Sequence record: SRR31156797_2365 | Reading direction: 5' to 3' (one strand) | DNA: 64,000 nucleotides | Shown: positions 1 through 10,949 of the stretch, in pieces | How positions within the stretch are numbered: position 1 is the stretch's first letter | Layout: every line of letters begins with the position of its first letter | Program-made: the position numbers and the translations under genes | Notes under the pieces: generated by a model | What the model was told of the DNA's origin: nothing | Database searches by the model: none | The model's input: the letters and a program-made list of their open reading frames with translations, nothing else

Positions 1-425
1 GGAATATCAGAAACAGTTACTGCAAAACCCACATCATTAAAAGATGAGCTGGTATTTTTAAAAAACTGGTATGGGTCTGAAATCGGTAAACCCAATGTAT
101 CAATCTCCGGATACTTTTGTGCCAGATTAGCCACGAAGCCGGGAATAAAAACCAACTGGTATAAAAATGGAACCGAGGTAACGCTTGCAAATGTATCTAC
201 TGACTGAAACAGGGGCGTCATGGATGAAAAATCCCAACTGTAGTCTTCACCCGTGAGTGTATAATCAATCCCTTCGGTACTCAATGCATTGCTAAACCTG
301 ATGGTATCGCCAGGAGAGGGCATATCATCACTGGTAATACTTACCTGGGCAAATGCAGTAAAATGCAGTAAAATAAATGTGGTTGCAACAACGGCAATAA
401 CGTTTGGAAAGGGTCTGTTAATCAT
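1..425 (-). CDS. Secreted protein, N-terminal part (runs off window start); resembles Bacteroidota T9SS-cargo proteins
   Basis: Not in ORF track. Manual translation from ATG at 425: MINRPFPNVIAVVATTFILLHFTAFA-QVSITSDDMPSPGDTIRFSNA..., open to position 1; signal peptide cleaved before Gln. Confidence 0.75.
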   Translation of the reverse strand, partial: MINRPFPNVIAVVATTFILLHFTAFAQVSITSDDMPSPGDTIRFSNALSTEGIDYTLTGEDYSWDFSSMTPLFQSVDTFASVTSVPFLYQLVFIPGFVANLAQKYPEIDTLGLPISDPYQFFKNTSSSFNDVGFAVTVSDI

Positions 426-482
426 GATTGGGTAAGGATTTTCAGTTTAAAAATGAAATGCGAATTTACGGAAAACAAATCA

Positions 483-490
483 TAATTTTG
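483..490 (+). promoter_or_regulatory. Bacteroidota sigma70 -7 element (TAATTTTG) upstream of tamB
   Basis: Matches TAnnTTTG consensus in the intergenic gap. Confidence 0.5.
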
Positions 491-611
491 CAAATTCCCG
501 GTTATTAATACTTAAGCGGTATTTTATATGCTAATTTTCAGTTTATTAACCAGTTAATCAAAACAGCTTATCGTAAAGAAGGTCTTTCATATTATTGTTT
601 ATGTCCTGACA

Positions 612-3600
612 TTGCTGATCTCTCTGCAGATTGTGACTGCTTTGTTGTTGCAAAACCCACAGGTACAAACACTTACATCAAAGCTGGCCGCAGGATTTTT
701 AACAAGATCACTTGACATGCAGATAACGGTGGGAGAGATTCAGGTAAGGCTGCCGGGTACTTTTTACCTGAAAGAACTGGCAGCATTGGACAGGAGGCAA
801 AACAAAATGATCCAAATTGATGAGCTTGATCTGTCAATCGGTGGGATTAACCGGTCCAGCCAAACAATAACAATCAGGAATTTCAGCCTGGAAGGAGTAG
901 ATTTCCTGATCAGAAAATATACCGCAGATGAACCCGGGAATTTCCAGAAATTCCTCAACCATTTTGTTTCAGTAAACCGGGACACCCTGGTTGCCAATAA
1001 ACAAAGCCCTGTGTGGAACCTGACAATCCGGGATTTTTCCTTGCGAAATGCCCACTTTATTTACGAAAACAAACCTGAATCAGCACAGACGAAGGCGATC
1101 AATTTTCAGGATATAGAACTGCTTGACATGGACCTGCTGGCTTCTGATGTAAAAATCAGGGGAGATTCCATAAGTGCAAATTTTCAAAACCTGGCCTTTA
1201 TCGAAAAAAGCGGATTTGAGTTGAAGGAGTTTTCCGGGGCAGCAACGTTCAGTCCAACCGGCCTTATTGTAAACCAGTTGGTGATCACAACCAACAACTC
1301 AAATCTTGACCTGGACCTGGAATTCAAATATGAAAGCCTGGCAGCATTTTCCGATTTTATTACAGATGTAACGTTTAAAGGGGATTTCAGGCAAACAACG
1401 GTCGAGATGAGCGATATTGGCTACTTTGCTGAAACCATGTTCTCGATGACTGACCGGATAGAGATTGAAGGATTTTTCAGCGGAACGGTTGGTAATCTCG
1501 TTGGAAAAAATTTCAGTATTGGATATGGCAATCATACTCGTTTTGACGGATCGGTAAGGATGAATGGCTTGCCAAATATCACCGAAACGTTTATCCATGC
1601 CGATATCAAAAACCTGAAATCTCACCCTGATGATGTGGCCTCATTTGCTCTCCCTGGTGATGCACCGGCAATTGCAGTTCCCGAGCTGATCACAAAAATG
1701 GGCGTAGTTGAAATTAACGGGAAATTTACCGGCTTTTATAACGACTTTCTGGCCAATGCTGCTTTTAACAGCGAACTTGGTGAACTAAAAACCGATATTG
1801 TCCTGATTACTGATAAAAAGAATAATTTGCTTTCATATTCCGGCGACCTGGCTGCCTCGAACCTGGATGCAGGCAAATTGCTTTCATCTAACCCCCAATT
1901 GGGGAAAACCAGTTTTGTGCTCGAAGTTGATGGCAGCGGGGTAAGCCTGCAATCTCTTGATATCAGTGCCAATGGCATGATCCAATCACTATTTTTTAAT
2001 GGCTATACCTACCGGAATATCACTGTTGATGGAAATTTTAAGGATTATGTATTTGAGGGACACACCAGCATCAGGGACGATAATCTGGATTTCGTATTTA
2101 ACGGGTTGATAGATTTCGAGCAGGATAAACCCCGTTTCGATTTTCACTCGAGGGTCAATCACGCAAACCTGGCAAAGCTCATGTTTTCAAGCCGGGATTC
2201 GATCAGTGTAATTTCCACAAAAATGGATTTCGATTTTTATGCCACAGGTATCGATGACATCAAGGGAACTATTGTTTTTGACAGCACCGTGTACACCGAA
2301 GGCAGCGAAACTTATTTTATGGAAACGCTAAAGCTGGAATCCACCAAACTTAATGATGGTCAAAACAGGCTGATGCTGCTGTCAGATTTCACCGACATTT
2401 CCATCAACGGGAATTACACCATGAGTACCATTGTTCCGTCAATAAAGCAATATTTAAAAAATTATTCACCCAACCTGGCTAAAAACATTGCCGCTGACGA
2501 AACAGCCTCAGATAAACAAATGTTACAATTTGAGATACAATTAAAAAACACCAAACCCATTACCAGCTTATTTGTACCTGCCCTTGAAATAGCACCGGGA
2601 ACCACACTTGACGGCCAGTTAAGTTTGCACGAAAATACGGCCAGCATTAGTGCCAAAGCGGAGTGGATCAACCTTTCAGGCATTAGGATAAACGACTGGC
2701 TCATGCAAACTACCTCCGACTTTGATAAACTAAACACGGTGATGAAATTTGAAAATGTGTTTTTACGAGAGCCTTCCGAAGCTGACACTGTGGGCGTTGG
2801 GATCGACAGCCTCCGATTTTTCACCGATTTCCACACCGATTCTCTATTGTTCAGGGTGCGATGGAATGACCTGTCCAACCGAAATAAAAACACGGGAAAC
2901 CTGGCAGGATATGTTTTTGTTGGCGACAGTAATTTTTATACCGCCGGCTTTACCGAAGCGAAAATGCTCTTCGACAGTGCCGGTTGGACTGTAAGACCGG
3001 ATAACCGGGTTTTAGCTGACACTTCAGGGCTTTACTTTTCAGATTTGGATTTCGAAAGTGATTCGTCCAGATTTTCGATCGATGGCGGGATATCACAAAA
3101 TCCCCGGGATAGCCTTGCACTACATTTCAACCAGTTAAATTTCTCGCATCTCGATCAACTCATCACAAGTGGGCGATATGATTTTGATGGTGTAATTGAC
3201 GGAAACATCAAGCTGGTAAACTTGTATGAAAACCCAAACTTCCTATCAAATCTTCAGTTGAATGATTTGAGTTTTAACAAGGAGTACCTGGGGCAAATGA
3301 ACCTGAAAACCGATTGGTCGGACGCACTCTCAAAGCTTGGTGTGGATATTGAAGTTCTCAGGGAAAGCAATGCCGGAACAATCAGGATAATCGGCATTGG
3401 TGGAGATTATTACCCTTCGGACACCACAAAAAATTTCGATCTGACAATAAGCCTTTTAAATCTGGGCACACAAATGTTTAATCCCTTCATGGATGAATAT
3501 GCCGTAATTGATGAGGCCAGCCTTGCTAGCGGAAGCCTGAAGTTTTCAGGAACTTATGACAAACCAGTTCTCGAGGGCAGGATTAAATTATCAAGTACAG

Positions 3601-5069
3601 AAGTACTCATCAAATACCTCAACACCAGGTACTCGGCAGCAGGAAGTGTGGAATTCACCGAAGATGCCATTCTTTTAAACGAGCTACAGATTTATGACAC
3701 ACGCAGAAACCCGGCAAGGTGTAGTGGCAGTGTCACCCATAATTATTTCAATGATTTTGAATTTAATGTTAGTATCAACCATACAAACCTGAATGCACTT
3801 AACACTTCTTTTCGTGATAATGATTTGTTCTATGGAGAGGCATATGCATCAGGAGTAGTGACCATCACCGGGCCGCCCGACAACATCCTTATGGAAATTA
3901 TTGCAACCACTGAAAGTGGAACGGAAGTAACAATTCCAATTTCAACATCAGTGAATGTATCAGAAAATAATTTTATCATATTTCTTTCAGATGCGGATAC
4001 GGTTACTGAGGATCAACCCGACTACAACCTGAATGTTAAGGGTTTTTCGATGAACATGGAATTGGACGTAACTCCTGAAGCAAACATGGATATCTTTTTG
4101 CCCTATGGCATGGGCGACATATCAGGAAATGGTACCGGAAATATCGGATTGTCAATAAATCCGGTAGGTGATTTTACAATCAATGGTGATTACAGGATTT
4201 CAAGCGGAACCTTCACCTTTAACTTCGAAAAACTTGTAAAACGAAGATTTAATATCAAGCAGGGTAGCAAAATCAGTTGGGAAGGCGACCCCTATGATGC
4301 GAATGTAAACATCACTGCCACTTATCATGCCGAACCCACACTTGCAGGGCTCAAATTGCAGACAGATTCAACAGCCATCCGTAACAAACGGATTGATGTA
4401 GATTGCAACATTCATCTGAAAAATTCCCTGTTTAACCCGGATGTTTCCTTTTCTATCGATCTTACAAACGTGGATAACGAAACGCGTGAAATTATTTTCG
4501 CAGCTCTCGATACCACCGATCAATCGGTGATGAGCCAGCAGATTCTTTCGCTAATCCTGATTGGAAGTTTCAGCTATGCCACAGCCGGTCCGAATATTGG
4601 TGCAACAGGATTTAAACTCCTTTCGAATCAAATCAGTAACTGGCTTTCAAAGATCAGTAAGGATTTCGACATCGGTATTAACTATCAGCCGGGAACAGAA
4701 CTCACCGAAGATGAACTCAAAGTGGCGCTTCGCACACAGTTGTTCAACGACAGGCTGCTAATCGACGGCAACTTCGGTGTGCGGGGAACTACCGAAAGCC
4801 AGAACACCAGTAATGTGGTCGGCGACATTAACCTGGAATACCAGATCACCGAAGACGGCAGATTCCGGATAAAAGCTTTCAACAGATCAAACGATATCAG
4901 TTTCCTGGAAGACAACGCGCCTTACACACAGGGTGTTGGGATTTTTTACCGAAAAGAATTTGAAACATTCAAGGATCTTTTTAAGCGCAATAAGGATCGG
5001 AAGAAAAAGGAAAAAGAAAAAAAAACAAACCAGGAGGCGGTTCGCCATGAGGATAAAAAAACAGATTAG
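612..5069 (+). CDS. tamB: Translocation and assembly module TamB (DUF490/AsmA-like)
   Basis: 1485 aa, N-terminal TM anchor, long beta-rich body, C-terminal TamB-type motifs (ISWEGDPYDA, LFNDRLLIDGNFG, YTQGVGIFYRKEF). Start may lie near 570. Confidence 0.9.
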   Translation: MLISLQIVTALLLQNPQVQTLTSKLAAGFLTRSLDMQITVGEIQVRLPGTFYLKELAALDRRQNKMIQIDELDLSIGGINRSSQTITIRNFSLEGVDFLIRKYTADEPGNFQKFLNHFVSVNRDTLVANKQSPVWNLTIRDFSLRNAHFIYENKPESAQTKAINFQDIELLDMDLLASDVKIRGDSISANFQNLAFIEKSGFELKEFSGAATFSPTGLIVNQLVITTNNSNLDLDLEFKYESLAAFSDFITDVTFKGDFRQTTVEMSDIGYFAETMFSMTDRIEIEGFFSGTVGNLVGKNFSIGYGNHTRFDGSVRMNGLPNITETFIHADIKNLKSHPDDVASFALPGDAPAIAVPELITKMGVVEINGKFTGFYNDFLANAAFNSELGELKTDIVLITDKKNNLLSYSGDLAASNLDAGKLLSSNPQLGKTSFVLEVDGSGVSLQSLDISANGMIQSLFFNGYTYRNITVDGNFKDYVFEGHTSIRDDNLDFVFNGLIDFEQDKPRFDFHSRVNHANLAKLMFSSRDSISVISTKMDFDFYATGIDDIKGTIVFDSTVYTEGSETYFMETLKLESTKLNDGQNRLMLLSDFTDISINGNYTMSTIVPSIKQYLKNYSPNLAKNIAADETASDKQMLQFEIQLKNTKPITSLFVPALEIAPGTTLDGQLSLHENTASISAKAEWINLSGIRINDWLMQTTSDFDKLNTVMKFENVFLREPSEADTVGVGIDSLRFFTDFHTDSLLFRVRWNDLSNRNKNTGNLAGYVFVGDSNFYTAGFTEAKMLFDSAGWTVRPDNRVLADTSGLYFSDLDFESDSSRFSIDGGISQNPRDSLALHFNQLNFSHLDQLITSGRYDFDGVIDGNIKLVNLYENPNFLSNLQLNDLSFNKEYLGQMNLKTDWSDALSKLGVDIEVLRESNAGTIRIIGIGGDYYPSDTTKNFDLTISLLNLGTQMFNPFMDEYAVIDEASLASGSLKFSGTYDKPVLEGRIKLSSTEVLIKYLNTRYSAAGSVEFTEDAILLNELQIYDTRRNPARCSGSVTHNYFNDFEFNVSINHTNLNALNTSFRDNDLFYGEAYASGVVTITGPPDNILMEIIATTESGTEVTIPISTSVNVSENNFIIFLSDADTVTEDQPDYNLNVKGFSMNMELDVTPEANMDIFLPYGMGDISGNGTGNIGLSINPVGDFTINGDYRISSGTFTFNFEKLVKRRFNIKQGSKISWEGDPYDANVNITATYHAEPTLAGLKLQTDSTAIRNKRIDVDCNIHLKNSLFNPDVSFSIDLTNVDNETREIIFAALDTTDQSVMSQQILSLILIGSFSYATAGPNIGATGFKLLSNQISNWLSKISKDFDIGINYQPGTELTEDELKVALRTQLFNDRLLIDGNFGVRGTTESQNTSNVVGDINLEYQITEDGRFRIKAFNRSNDISFLEDNAPYTQGVGIFYRKEFETFKDLFKRNKDRKKKEKEKKTNQEAVRHEDKKTD

Positions 5070-5609
5070 ATGGGTAAAATAATATTGTATATCGCAGCCA
5101 GCATTGATGGCTACATTGCACGAAAAGACGGCGACACATCGTGGTTACATGATCAGGCATTTATCACTCCCGGGCAGGATTATGGCTACACTGATTTCTA
5201 CAAACAAATTGGTACAACACTTATGGGTGCCGAAACCTATCGCGTCATCAAGGGGTTTAATGTGCCCTTTCCTTATCCCGACAAAACAAATTATGTCTTC
5301 ACAAGGTCACACGACAATCCGGAAGATAAAAATGTAGCATTTGTTAACGATGACATTATAAATTTTGCCAAAAAGCTGAAGAAGGAGAAAAAAGAAGATA
5401 TTTGGCTGGTTGGCGGCGCAGAAATCAATGGCCTGTTTTTAAGTCATGGATTGATCGATAAAATTATTCTGACAGTAATTCCTGTGGTGCTCGGTAAGGG
5501 TATACCTGTATTTAAAGGGAACGGGGACGAAATAAAACTTAAGCTTGCAGAAGTAAAAAAATTTGATGATAAGATTTCCCAACTGATTTATTATTTTTCA
5601 AATGAATAA
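5070..5609 (+). CDS. Dihydrofolate reductase / RibD C-terminal family protein
   Basis: IAASIDGYIA, LMGAETY, DIWLVGGAEI, IPVVLGKGIPVF motifs. Confidence 0.9.
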   Translation: MGKIILYIAASIDGYIARKDGDTSWLHDQAFITPGQDYGYTDFYKQIGTTLMGAETYRVIKGFNVPFPYPDKTNYVFTRSHDNPEDKNVAFVNDDIINFAKKLKKEKKEDIWLVGGAEINGLFLSHGLIDKIILTVIPVVLGKGIPVFKGNGDEIKLKLAEVKKFDDKISQLIYYFSNE

Positions 5610-5722
5610 CCCACTAAAGTGTCCTGATGGAATTATCCGGCCGCCACTTCAAGTTTAGGACAGACAATATCATCTTCAAATATTTTAACATATCACCGAA
5701 ATTGTTGCTAAAGCAGAATTTA

Positions 5723-5730
5723 TAGCTTTG
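5723..5730 (+). promoter_or_regulatory. -7 promoter element (TAGCTTTG) for phytase gene
   Basis: TAnnTTTG about 45 bp upstream of ATG 5776. Confidence 0.5.
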
Positions 5731-5775
5731 CCACCTCTAAAATACAGATCAAAAACAGCATAAAATAAAACAGTT

Positions 5776-6960
5776 ATGAAGAAGAATTTCACTTTGATTT
5801 TTGTAGCTATTGTTTCCGCATTCATGTTAACATCATGTGGCTCAGAAACCTCCTCAGGCGGCGGTGAAAACACAACCAATGAAAAAATTGCCAATGAAAA
5901 TGGTTTTTTAATGGTTGGCGCTGAAGCCGAGACCACGCCGATAGAGAGTGCAGATGATGCCGCTGATGATATGGCCATTTGGTATAACCACGAAAACCCT
6001 TCAAAAAGCGCCATTATTGCAACCAATAAGCAAAAAGGATTGGTGGTTTATGATCTTAACGGGGATGAACTATATAACTATCCGGTTGGCCTGGTAAATA
6101 ATGTGGACATTAAAACCAAATTCGGCCTGGGCAATGATTCCATTACCATCATTGGTGCCAGCAACCGATCGAACAACAGCATCACTTTGATGAAATTCAA
6201 TACCGATACCCGTGAGTTGGAGGAGTTACAGTTTTCCGGAGAGTTCAGGCCTAAGTCAGCTGAAGTATATGGTTTCTGCCTGTACCGTTGTTCACATAAA
6301 ACCCGGTTCAACAAAGATCATGTAAATAAGATGTATGCCATTTCGGTAGGTACAGATGGCCTGCTTGATCAATGGGAATTGGTAAACGACAACGGCAATG
6401 TAAAACCGAGATATGCAAGAGTCTTAAAGTTTGAAACGCAGTGCGAGGGACTTGTTGCTGACGATGAAACGGGCAATCTGTTTGTTGGAGAAGAATCAAA
6501 AGGTATTTGGAAAATCCCTGCTCTACCGGCTGAAGGAGATAAAAAAGAACTCATTGCCGACATTGCAAAAACAAAACTTGAAGCCGATGTCGAAGGCCTC
6601 ACGATCTACTATGGAGAAGGTAATAAGGGCTACCTGATTGCCTCCAGCCAGGGTAATAATTCGTTTGCTGTATTTACGCGTGGCGGAAACCACAAATATT
6701 TGGGGAGCTTCATGATTTCAGCTCAGGGAGACATTGACGGCGTTTCTGATACTGATGGCATTGATGTATTGAATCAGTCGCTTGGATCAGATTTCCCGGA
6801 TGGTGTTTTCATTGCTCAGGATGGCTTTAACTTTGAAGGCGAACAGCAGGTCAATCAAAATTTTAAAATGGTTGATTGGAAAGAAATAGCCAGCCAATTC
6901 CAGCCGTGGCTACTCATCGATAACGACTATATCCCCGCCAAGGACCAAATTGTTGAATAG
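5776..6960 (+). CDS. Beta-propeller 3-phytase, lipoprotein
   Basis: Lipobox LTSC; DAADDMAIW, NNVD, EVYGFCLY, QCEGLVAD, DVEGLTIY, SSQGNNSF, DTDGIDV, QNFKMV motifs. Confidence 0.92.
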   Translation: MKKNFTLIFVAIVSAFMLTSCGSETSSGGGENTTNEKIANENGFLMVGAEAETTPIESADDAADDMAIWYNHENPSKSAIIATNKQKGLVVYDLNGDELYNYPVGLVNNVDIKTKFGLGNDSITIIGASNRSNNSITLMKFNTDTRELEELQFSGEFRPKSAEVYGFCLYRCSHKTRFNKDHVNKMYAISVGTDGLLDQWELVNDNGNVKPRYARVLKFETQCEGLVADDETGNLFVGEESKGIWKIPALPAEGDKKELIADIAKTKLEADVEGLTIYYGEGNKGYLIASSQGNNSFAVFTRGGNHKYLGSFMISAQGDIDGVSDTDGIDVLNQSLGSDFPDGVFIAQDGFNFEGEQQVNQNFKMVDWKEIASQFQPWLLIDNDYIPAKDQIVE

Positions 6961-7007
6961 AATGTTGGGTCGGGGGTTAGTGAAAGGTTAATAAAATTGC
7001 TTACAGC

Positions 7008-9353
7008 TTAGCTTTCGCGGTTAGAAATTATTTCGAGTCGATCCGTTAGCTTTTCAAACTCGGCAAAGCAGATATTTATCTGGTTATTATCATCCTTTTT
7101 AAGGCTCCTGATAATCATGTCAGTGAAAATTGTAAACTCCCGGATGTTATGTTCTTTCGCCAGAATTTGCAATTCGTCGATGAAACAGTGAATTTCAGAT
7201 TCAGAAAACTTTTGGTATGTATGCCTGAAAAAAGGAATGATGGTGTTAAGGAAGTAGCTGTGTAAAGCCTTATTTCCAACAATTTTCTGATTAATTTTTT
7301 CAAAATTCTGAATGCAGTTTGCATCGCATTTTTTTTCTGACAAATAACTTTGCAACGTAAAATAGAAGGTACTCCCCTTGCCCGGTTCACTTTCTACCCA
7401 GATTTTACCACCATTGCGTTCAACAAAATCCCTGCAAATAATCAGACCAATTCCGGTACCTTTTTCCTTGTTGGTGCCGATGGTCGAAAAATTACTGGCA
7501 GGATCAAACAACTTGCCCATATTGCTCTTCTCAATACCAACACCGGAGTCTTTGATATAAATTAGTATTCTATTATCGCTGGCCATTTTGCCACCAAGTA
7601 AAATTTTCCCATTTTCAGGCGTAAATTTAATGGCATTAGATATCAGGTTTCGCAAAATCGTGTTCACCATCTCAACATCCGCTGAAACTTCCAGATTATC
7701 ATCGCTTAGCTCAGTATCTATTAAAATGCTTTTTGAATGCGCAGCATATTGTTGCAGGTCGATAGCCTCTTCAAAAACCTGTGCCAGCAGCAATTCTTCC
7801 GGGTTAAATGGAATCTTTCCTGTTTGCGTTCTCGACCAGACCAGGAGGTTATCCAGCAAGGCGAAAGACTGTTTTGTGCTATTGTAAACTGTACTGATAA
7901 AACGTTTTCTCTGCTCTTCAGAGAAGGAACCCCCATCTTCGAGCAAAAGTTCCAAAAACCCAAGTTGGGCATTATATGGACTTTTCAAATCATGGGCTAT
8001 GATAGAAAACAGTTTGTCTTTGGTGGCATTAATCTCTCTCAGCGCTCTTTCAGTTTCCTTCTGGTCGGTAACATCCTGATGGGTTCCCACAGCCCTTGAG
8101 GCCTCACCCTTTTCGTTATGTTCGATCACCATCCCGCTATCCAGAATATATTTCCAGTCGCCATCTTTGGTTTTAAGCCTGTGAACACTCTGGTAAAATT
8201 CAGTTCGGCCTTCTAAATGATCTTTGAGCACGCTTTTTACCTCATTCTTTTCATCCGGATGCATAAGGTTCTCCCATGAGGAAAGATGTGGAACAATTTC
8301 CTCGCGATCATAGCCAAGAATTTCAAACCATCTGTCATCGAGTTCTATAAATCCGGTTTCAATATTCCAGTCCCACAAACCAGCTTTTGTACCTTTTAAA
8401 GCCATGTCCAGCTTTTGCTGACTTTTCCGGAGTGCGTCTTCGGCATTTTTGCGTTTGGTTATATCTGAAATAACTCCGAAAACGCGTTTTTCATTCCGGA
8501 TGATTCGCATGCTAATTTCACCCCAAAAAATACTGCCATCCTTTCGCACACATTCAACATCTACCGGCGATCCATCCACATTCTTAACTTTCTGGATAAA
8601 CAATTTTCTTACTGCCTCCTGCCGTTCAGGCTTTACGAACTCCCATACCTTACGACCTATAAGCTCCCCAGGCAAATAACCAAACAATTGACATGCTGGC
8701 GTATTCACCATTTTTATGTATCCATTTTCTGTGAGGTATATCCCTTCGCTGATGTTTTCAGCAAGTTCGCGGTACTTTTGCTCACTTTCAGCCAATTGAC
8801 GGCTATAGTGTTTCCTTACATTCTCGATGTTGGTAATGGTAATTCTACACAAATCCTGATTCAGTTCTTCATCACGAAACATCATCATGTGCATATCAGT
8901 ATGAACAATCTCATTTCCGGCGGTTTTCATTCTGACTTGACCTTGCTGTTCGTTTTGCGGCTTGAAAACGTCTTTCAACATTTTGCTGAACTCAGTTATT
9001 GATTCCTGATCGATGTAAGGGAAAATTGAAAGAGAACTAGCCTCTGACCTGCCAAAAATATCAGTGGCCTTATGATTCTGTGAAACGATATTTCCGGTTG
9101 TACTGATGGTAATGTAGGCAACCGGGGCATTCTCGTAGAGATCGATGAATTTATTTTTCTGGATTTCGAGCTCCTGGTGTGACTTCTGCAATTCGTCATG
9201 TTGAATTTCAAGCCCAATCTGATGGGCTGATATTTCTTCGAGAAGCCTTGCCATATCCTCGTTAACCGGCGATTGCCTGCTAAAAGAATCTTTATCTTTT
9301 AAAAAGCGCTCAGCTTTTTTTCGTAGGTCATCTGTTTTTCGATATTCCGGCAT
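7008..9353 (-). CDS. Cytoplasmic multi-PAS sensor histidine kinase
   Basis: Three PAS-like segments; H-box FSIIAHDLKSP, N-box NLISNAIKFT, G1 DSGVGI, G2 GTGIGL; no TM segment or receiver. Confidence 0.92.
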   Translation of the reverse strand: MPEYRKTDDLRKKAERFLKDKDSFSRQSPVNEDMARLLEEISAHQIGLEIQHDELQKSHQELEIQKNKFIDLYENAPVAYITISTTGNIVSQNHKATDIFGRSEASSLSIFPYIDQESITEFSKMLKDVFKPQNEQQGQVRMKTAGNEIVHTDMHMMMFRDEELNQDLCRITITNIENVRKHYSRQLAESEQKYRELAENISEGIYLTENGYIKMVNTPACQLFGYLPGELIGRKVWEFVKPERQEAVRKLFIQKVKNVDGSPVDVECVRKDGSIFWGEISMRIIRNEKRVFGVISDITKRKNAEDALRKSQQKLDMALKGTKAGLWDWNIETGFIELDDRWFEILGYDREEIVPHLSSWENLMHPDEKNEVKSVLKDHLEGRTEFYQSVHRLKTKDGDWKYILDSGMVIEHNEKGEASRAVGTHQDVTDQKETERALREINATKDKLFSIIAHDLKSPYNAQLGFLELLLEDGGSFSEEQRKRFISTVYNSTKQSFALLDNLLVWSRTQTGKIPFNPEELLLAQVFEEAIDLQQYAAHSKSILIDTELSDDNLEVSADVEMVNTILRNLISNAIKFTPENGKILLGGKMASDNRILIYIKDSGVGIEKSNMGKLFDPASNFSTIGTNKEKGTGIGLIICRDFVERNGGKIWVESEPGKGSTFYFTLQSYLSEKKCDANCIQNFEKINQKIVGNKALHSYFLNTIIPFFRHTYQKFSESEIHCFIDELQILAKEHNIREFTIFTDMIIRSLKKDDNNQINICFAEFEKLTDRLEIISNRES

Positions 9354-9608
9354 AATATCAATATCTCACACAAATATAATTCAAATGCATCACAAGGCAC
9401 ATTTATTATTTCAATATGCTCACAAACCGCATCATCACACTTAAATTTATTGAATGTAAAATCTTTTCTTTAATCGATTATTCAGTTAAAATTAGTTAAA
9501 AACAAAGCGGCAAATATAAACGAATCATTGCCAAATCTGCAACTTCTCTGATCAGGCATAAAAAAATCTAAAAGTTTTGCTCCCGAAGAAATGATAGTGA
9601 CAAGGCAT

Positions 9609-10667
9609 TTATTCCGATAATATCAGGTCGATATAAACAGGCAGATGATCGCTGACCCCCCCGTTATACTTAAATCCAGTGAAGGTCCGGTATGGTTTAA
9701 ATCCCAGGTACCGGTCATCTTCTTCAAGTAAAAAATCATCATGAAATATTATCGCTTTATCTAGATGCACTTTTATGCCGTACTGCCCCTCAAGCAGTCC
9801 TCCGGATACAACAACCTGATCGAAAACATCCCAGTTTTCACGATATTTCAGGGTGCCGTAACTCCAGTCATCCTGGGGAGCTAAGGTCAGATTATAATAG
9901 CCGGAATGATCAATGGAGCCGGTTGGCGGCAATGCAATTAGAACATCCTGAAAACTATCATCTTCCGGTCCGTCATTGAAGTCTCCCAAAATGATGATGG
10001 CACTATGCGGGTTTTTGGACAATATCGAATCAGTGTGCTTTTTCAGCGTTCGTGCCGCCGTATTTCGGCGATTTATCGTGGCCAGATAACCTCCATACCG
10101 CGATGGCCAGTGATTAATAAAAATATGTACCATGTGCTGTTGGCCCATCAAGCCTTTCACATACAGTATGTCTCTGGTTTTGTAAGTGGTATCATCCGGA
10201 AAAACAACGGGAATTGCTTCATCGTGAAAAGGCTCAAAAAAATCTTTCCGATACAAAAGACCGACATCAATGCCCCGCCGGTCGGGCGATTCGTGATGTA
10301 TAATACGGTAATCAAAATTCTTCAGGGGCGTTTCGTGGATCAGTTTTTCAAGAACAAACCTATTTTCGATTTCACAAAGCCCAACAACTGCCGGAGGTTC
10401 CCATTCTCCTACAGCCATAATCACCTTAAAAACCTTGTTCAACTTATCGTAAAATTTGTAATTCGTCCAGTGTCGTTCACCTTCTGGTGTAAATTCCTCA
10501 TCTCTTTTCAGTGAATCATCGTATGGATCAAAGAGGTTTTCTGCATTGTAAAACATTACCCTGTAACTTTCCACCATTTTCTCCTGGTTGCCCTGCGAAT
10601 AGCCCGGGGTATGAAACAAAAGGAAAAACAATATTTTTACGGTGATTATCGTGATCTTAACATGCAT
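9609..10667 (-). CDS. Secreted endonuclease/exonuclease/phosphatase (EEP) family protein
   Basis: FYNAENLFD, GLCEIEN, RGIDV, NHWPSR, GDFND, SDHLPV motifs; signal peptide. ATG 10667 preferred over TTG 10694. Confidence 0.9.
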   Translation of the reverse strand: MHVKITIITVKILFFLLFHTPGYSQGNQEKMVESYRVMFYNAENLFDPYDDSLKRDEEFTPEGERHWTNYKFYDKLNKVFKVIMAVGEWEPPAVVGLCEIENRFVLEKLIHETPLKNFDYRIIHHESPDRRGIDVGLLYRKDFFEPFHDEAIPVVFPDDTTYKTRDILYVKGLMGQQHMVHIFINHWPSRYGGYLATINRRNTAARTLKKHTDSILSKNPHSAIIILGDFNDGPEDDSFQDVLIALPPTGSIDHSGYYNLTLAPQDDWSYGTLKYRENWDVFDQVVVSGGLLEGQYGIKVHLDKAIIFHDDFLLEEDDRYLGFKPYRTFTGFKYNGGVSDHLPVYIDLILSE

Positions 10668-10715
10668 GTGTTTCAACCTGTAATTTGAATCCAAAAATAG
10701 CGGTTAATTCATAAC

Positions 10716-10937
10716 ATGGCGGGAATTGGAAAAATATTGATTTTTATTGGTGCCGTAGTAATCATTGCAGGCCTGGTGATCTGGCTTGGTGGTGACCGGT
10801 TAAACTGGTTTGGTAACCTGCCTGGTGATATCCGGATTGAAAAAGAAAAGTTCCGTTTTTATTTACCCGTAACGAGCATGATTCTCTTGAGTTTAGCCCT
10901 GAGCCTTGTTATCTGGTTGATTAGACGATTTTTGTAA
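10716..10937 (+). CDS. DUF2905 family small membrane protein
   Basis: WFGNLPGDIRIE and FYLPVTSMILLS between two TM helices. Confidence 0.88.
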   Translation: MAGIGKILIFIGAVVIIAGLVIWLGGDRLNWFGNLPGDIRIEKEKFRFYLPVTSMILLSLALSLVIWLIRRFL

Positions 10938-10949
10938 AAAGATTGATTC

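Noticed and set aside
351-372. Short tandem repeat aaatgcagta x2
   Set aside because: Lies within the signal-peptide coding region of the first ORF; too short to interpret
5002-5030. A-rich run at the end of tamB as a phase-variation tract
   Set aside because: Encodes a Lys/Glu-rich tail after the conserved domain, so slippage would have little effect
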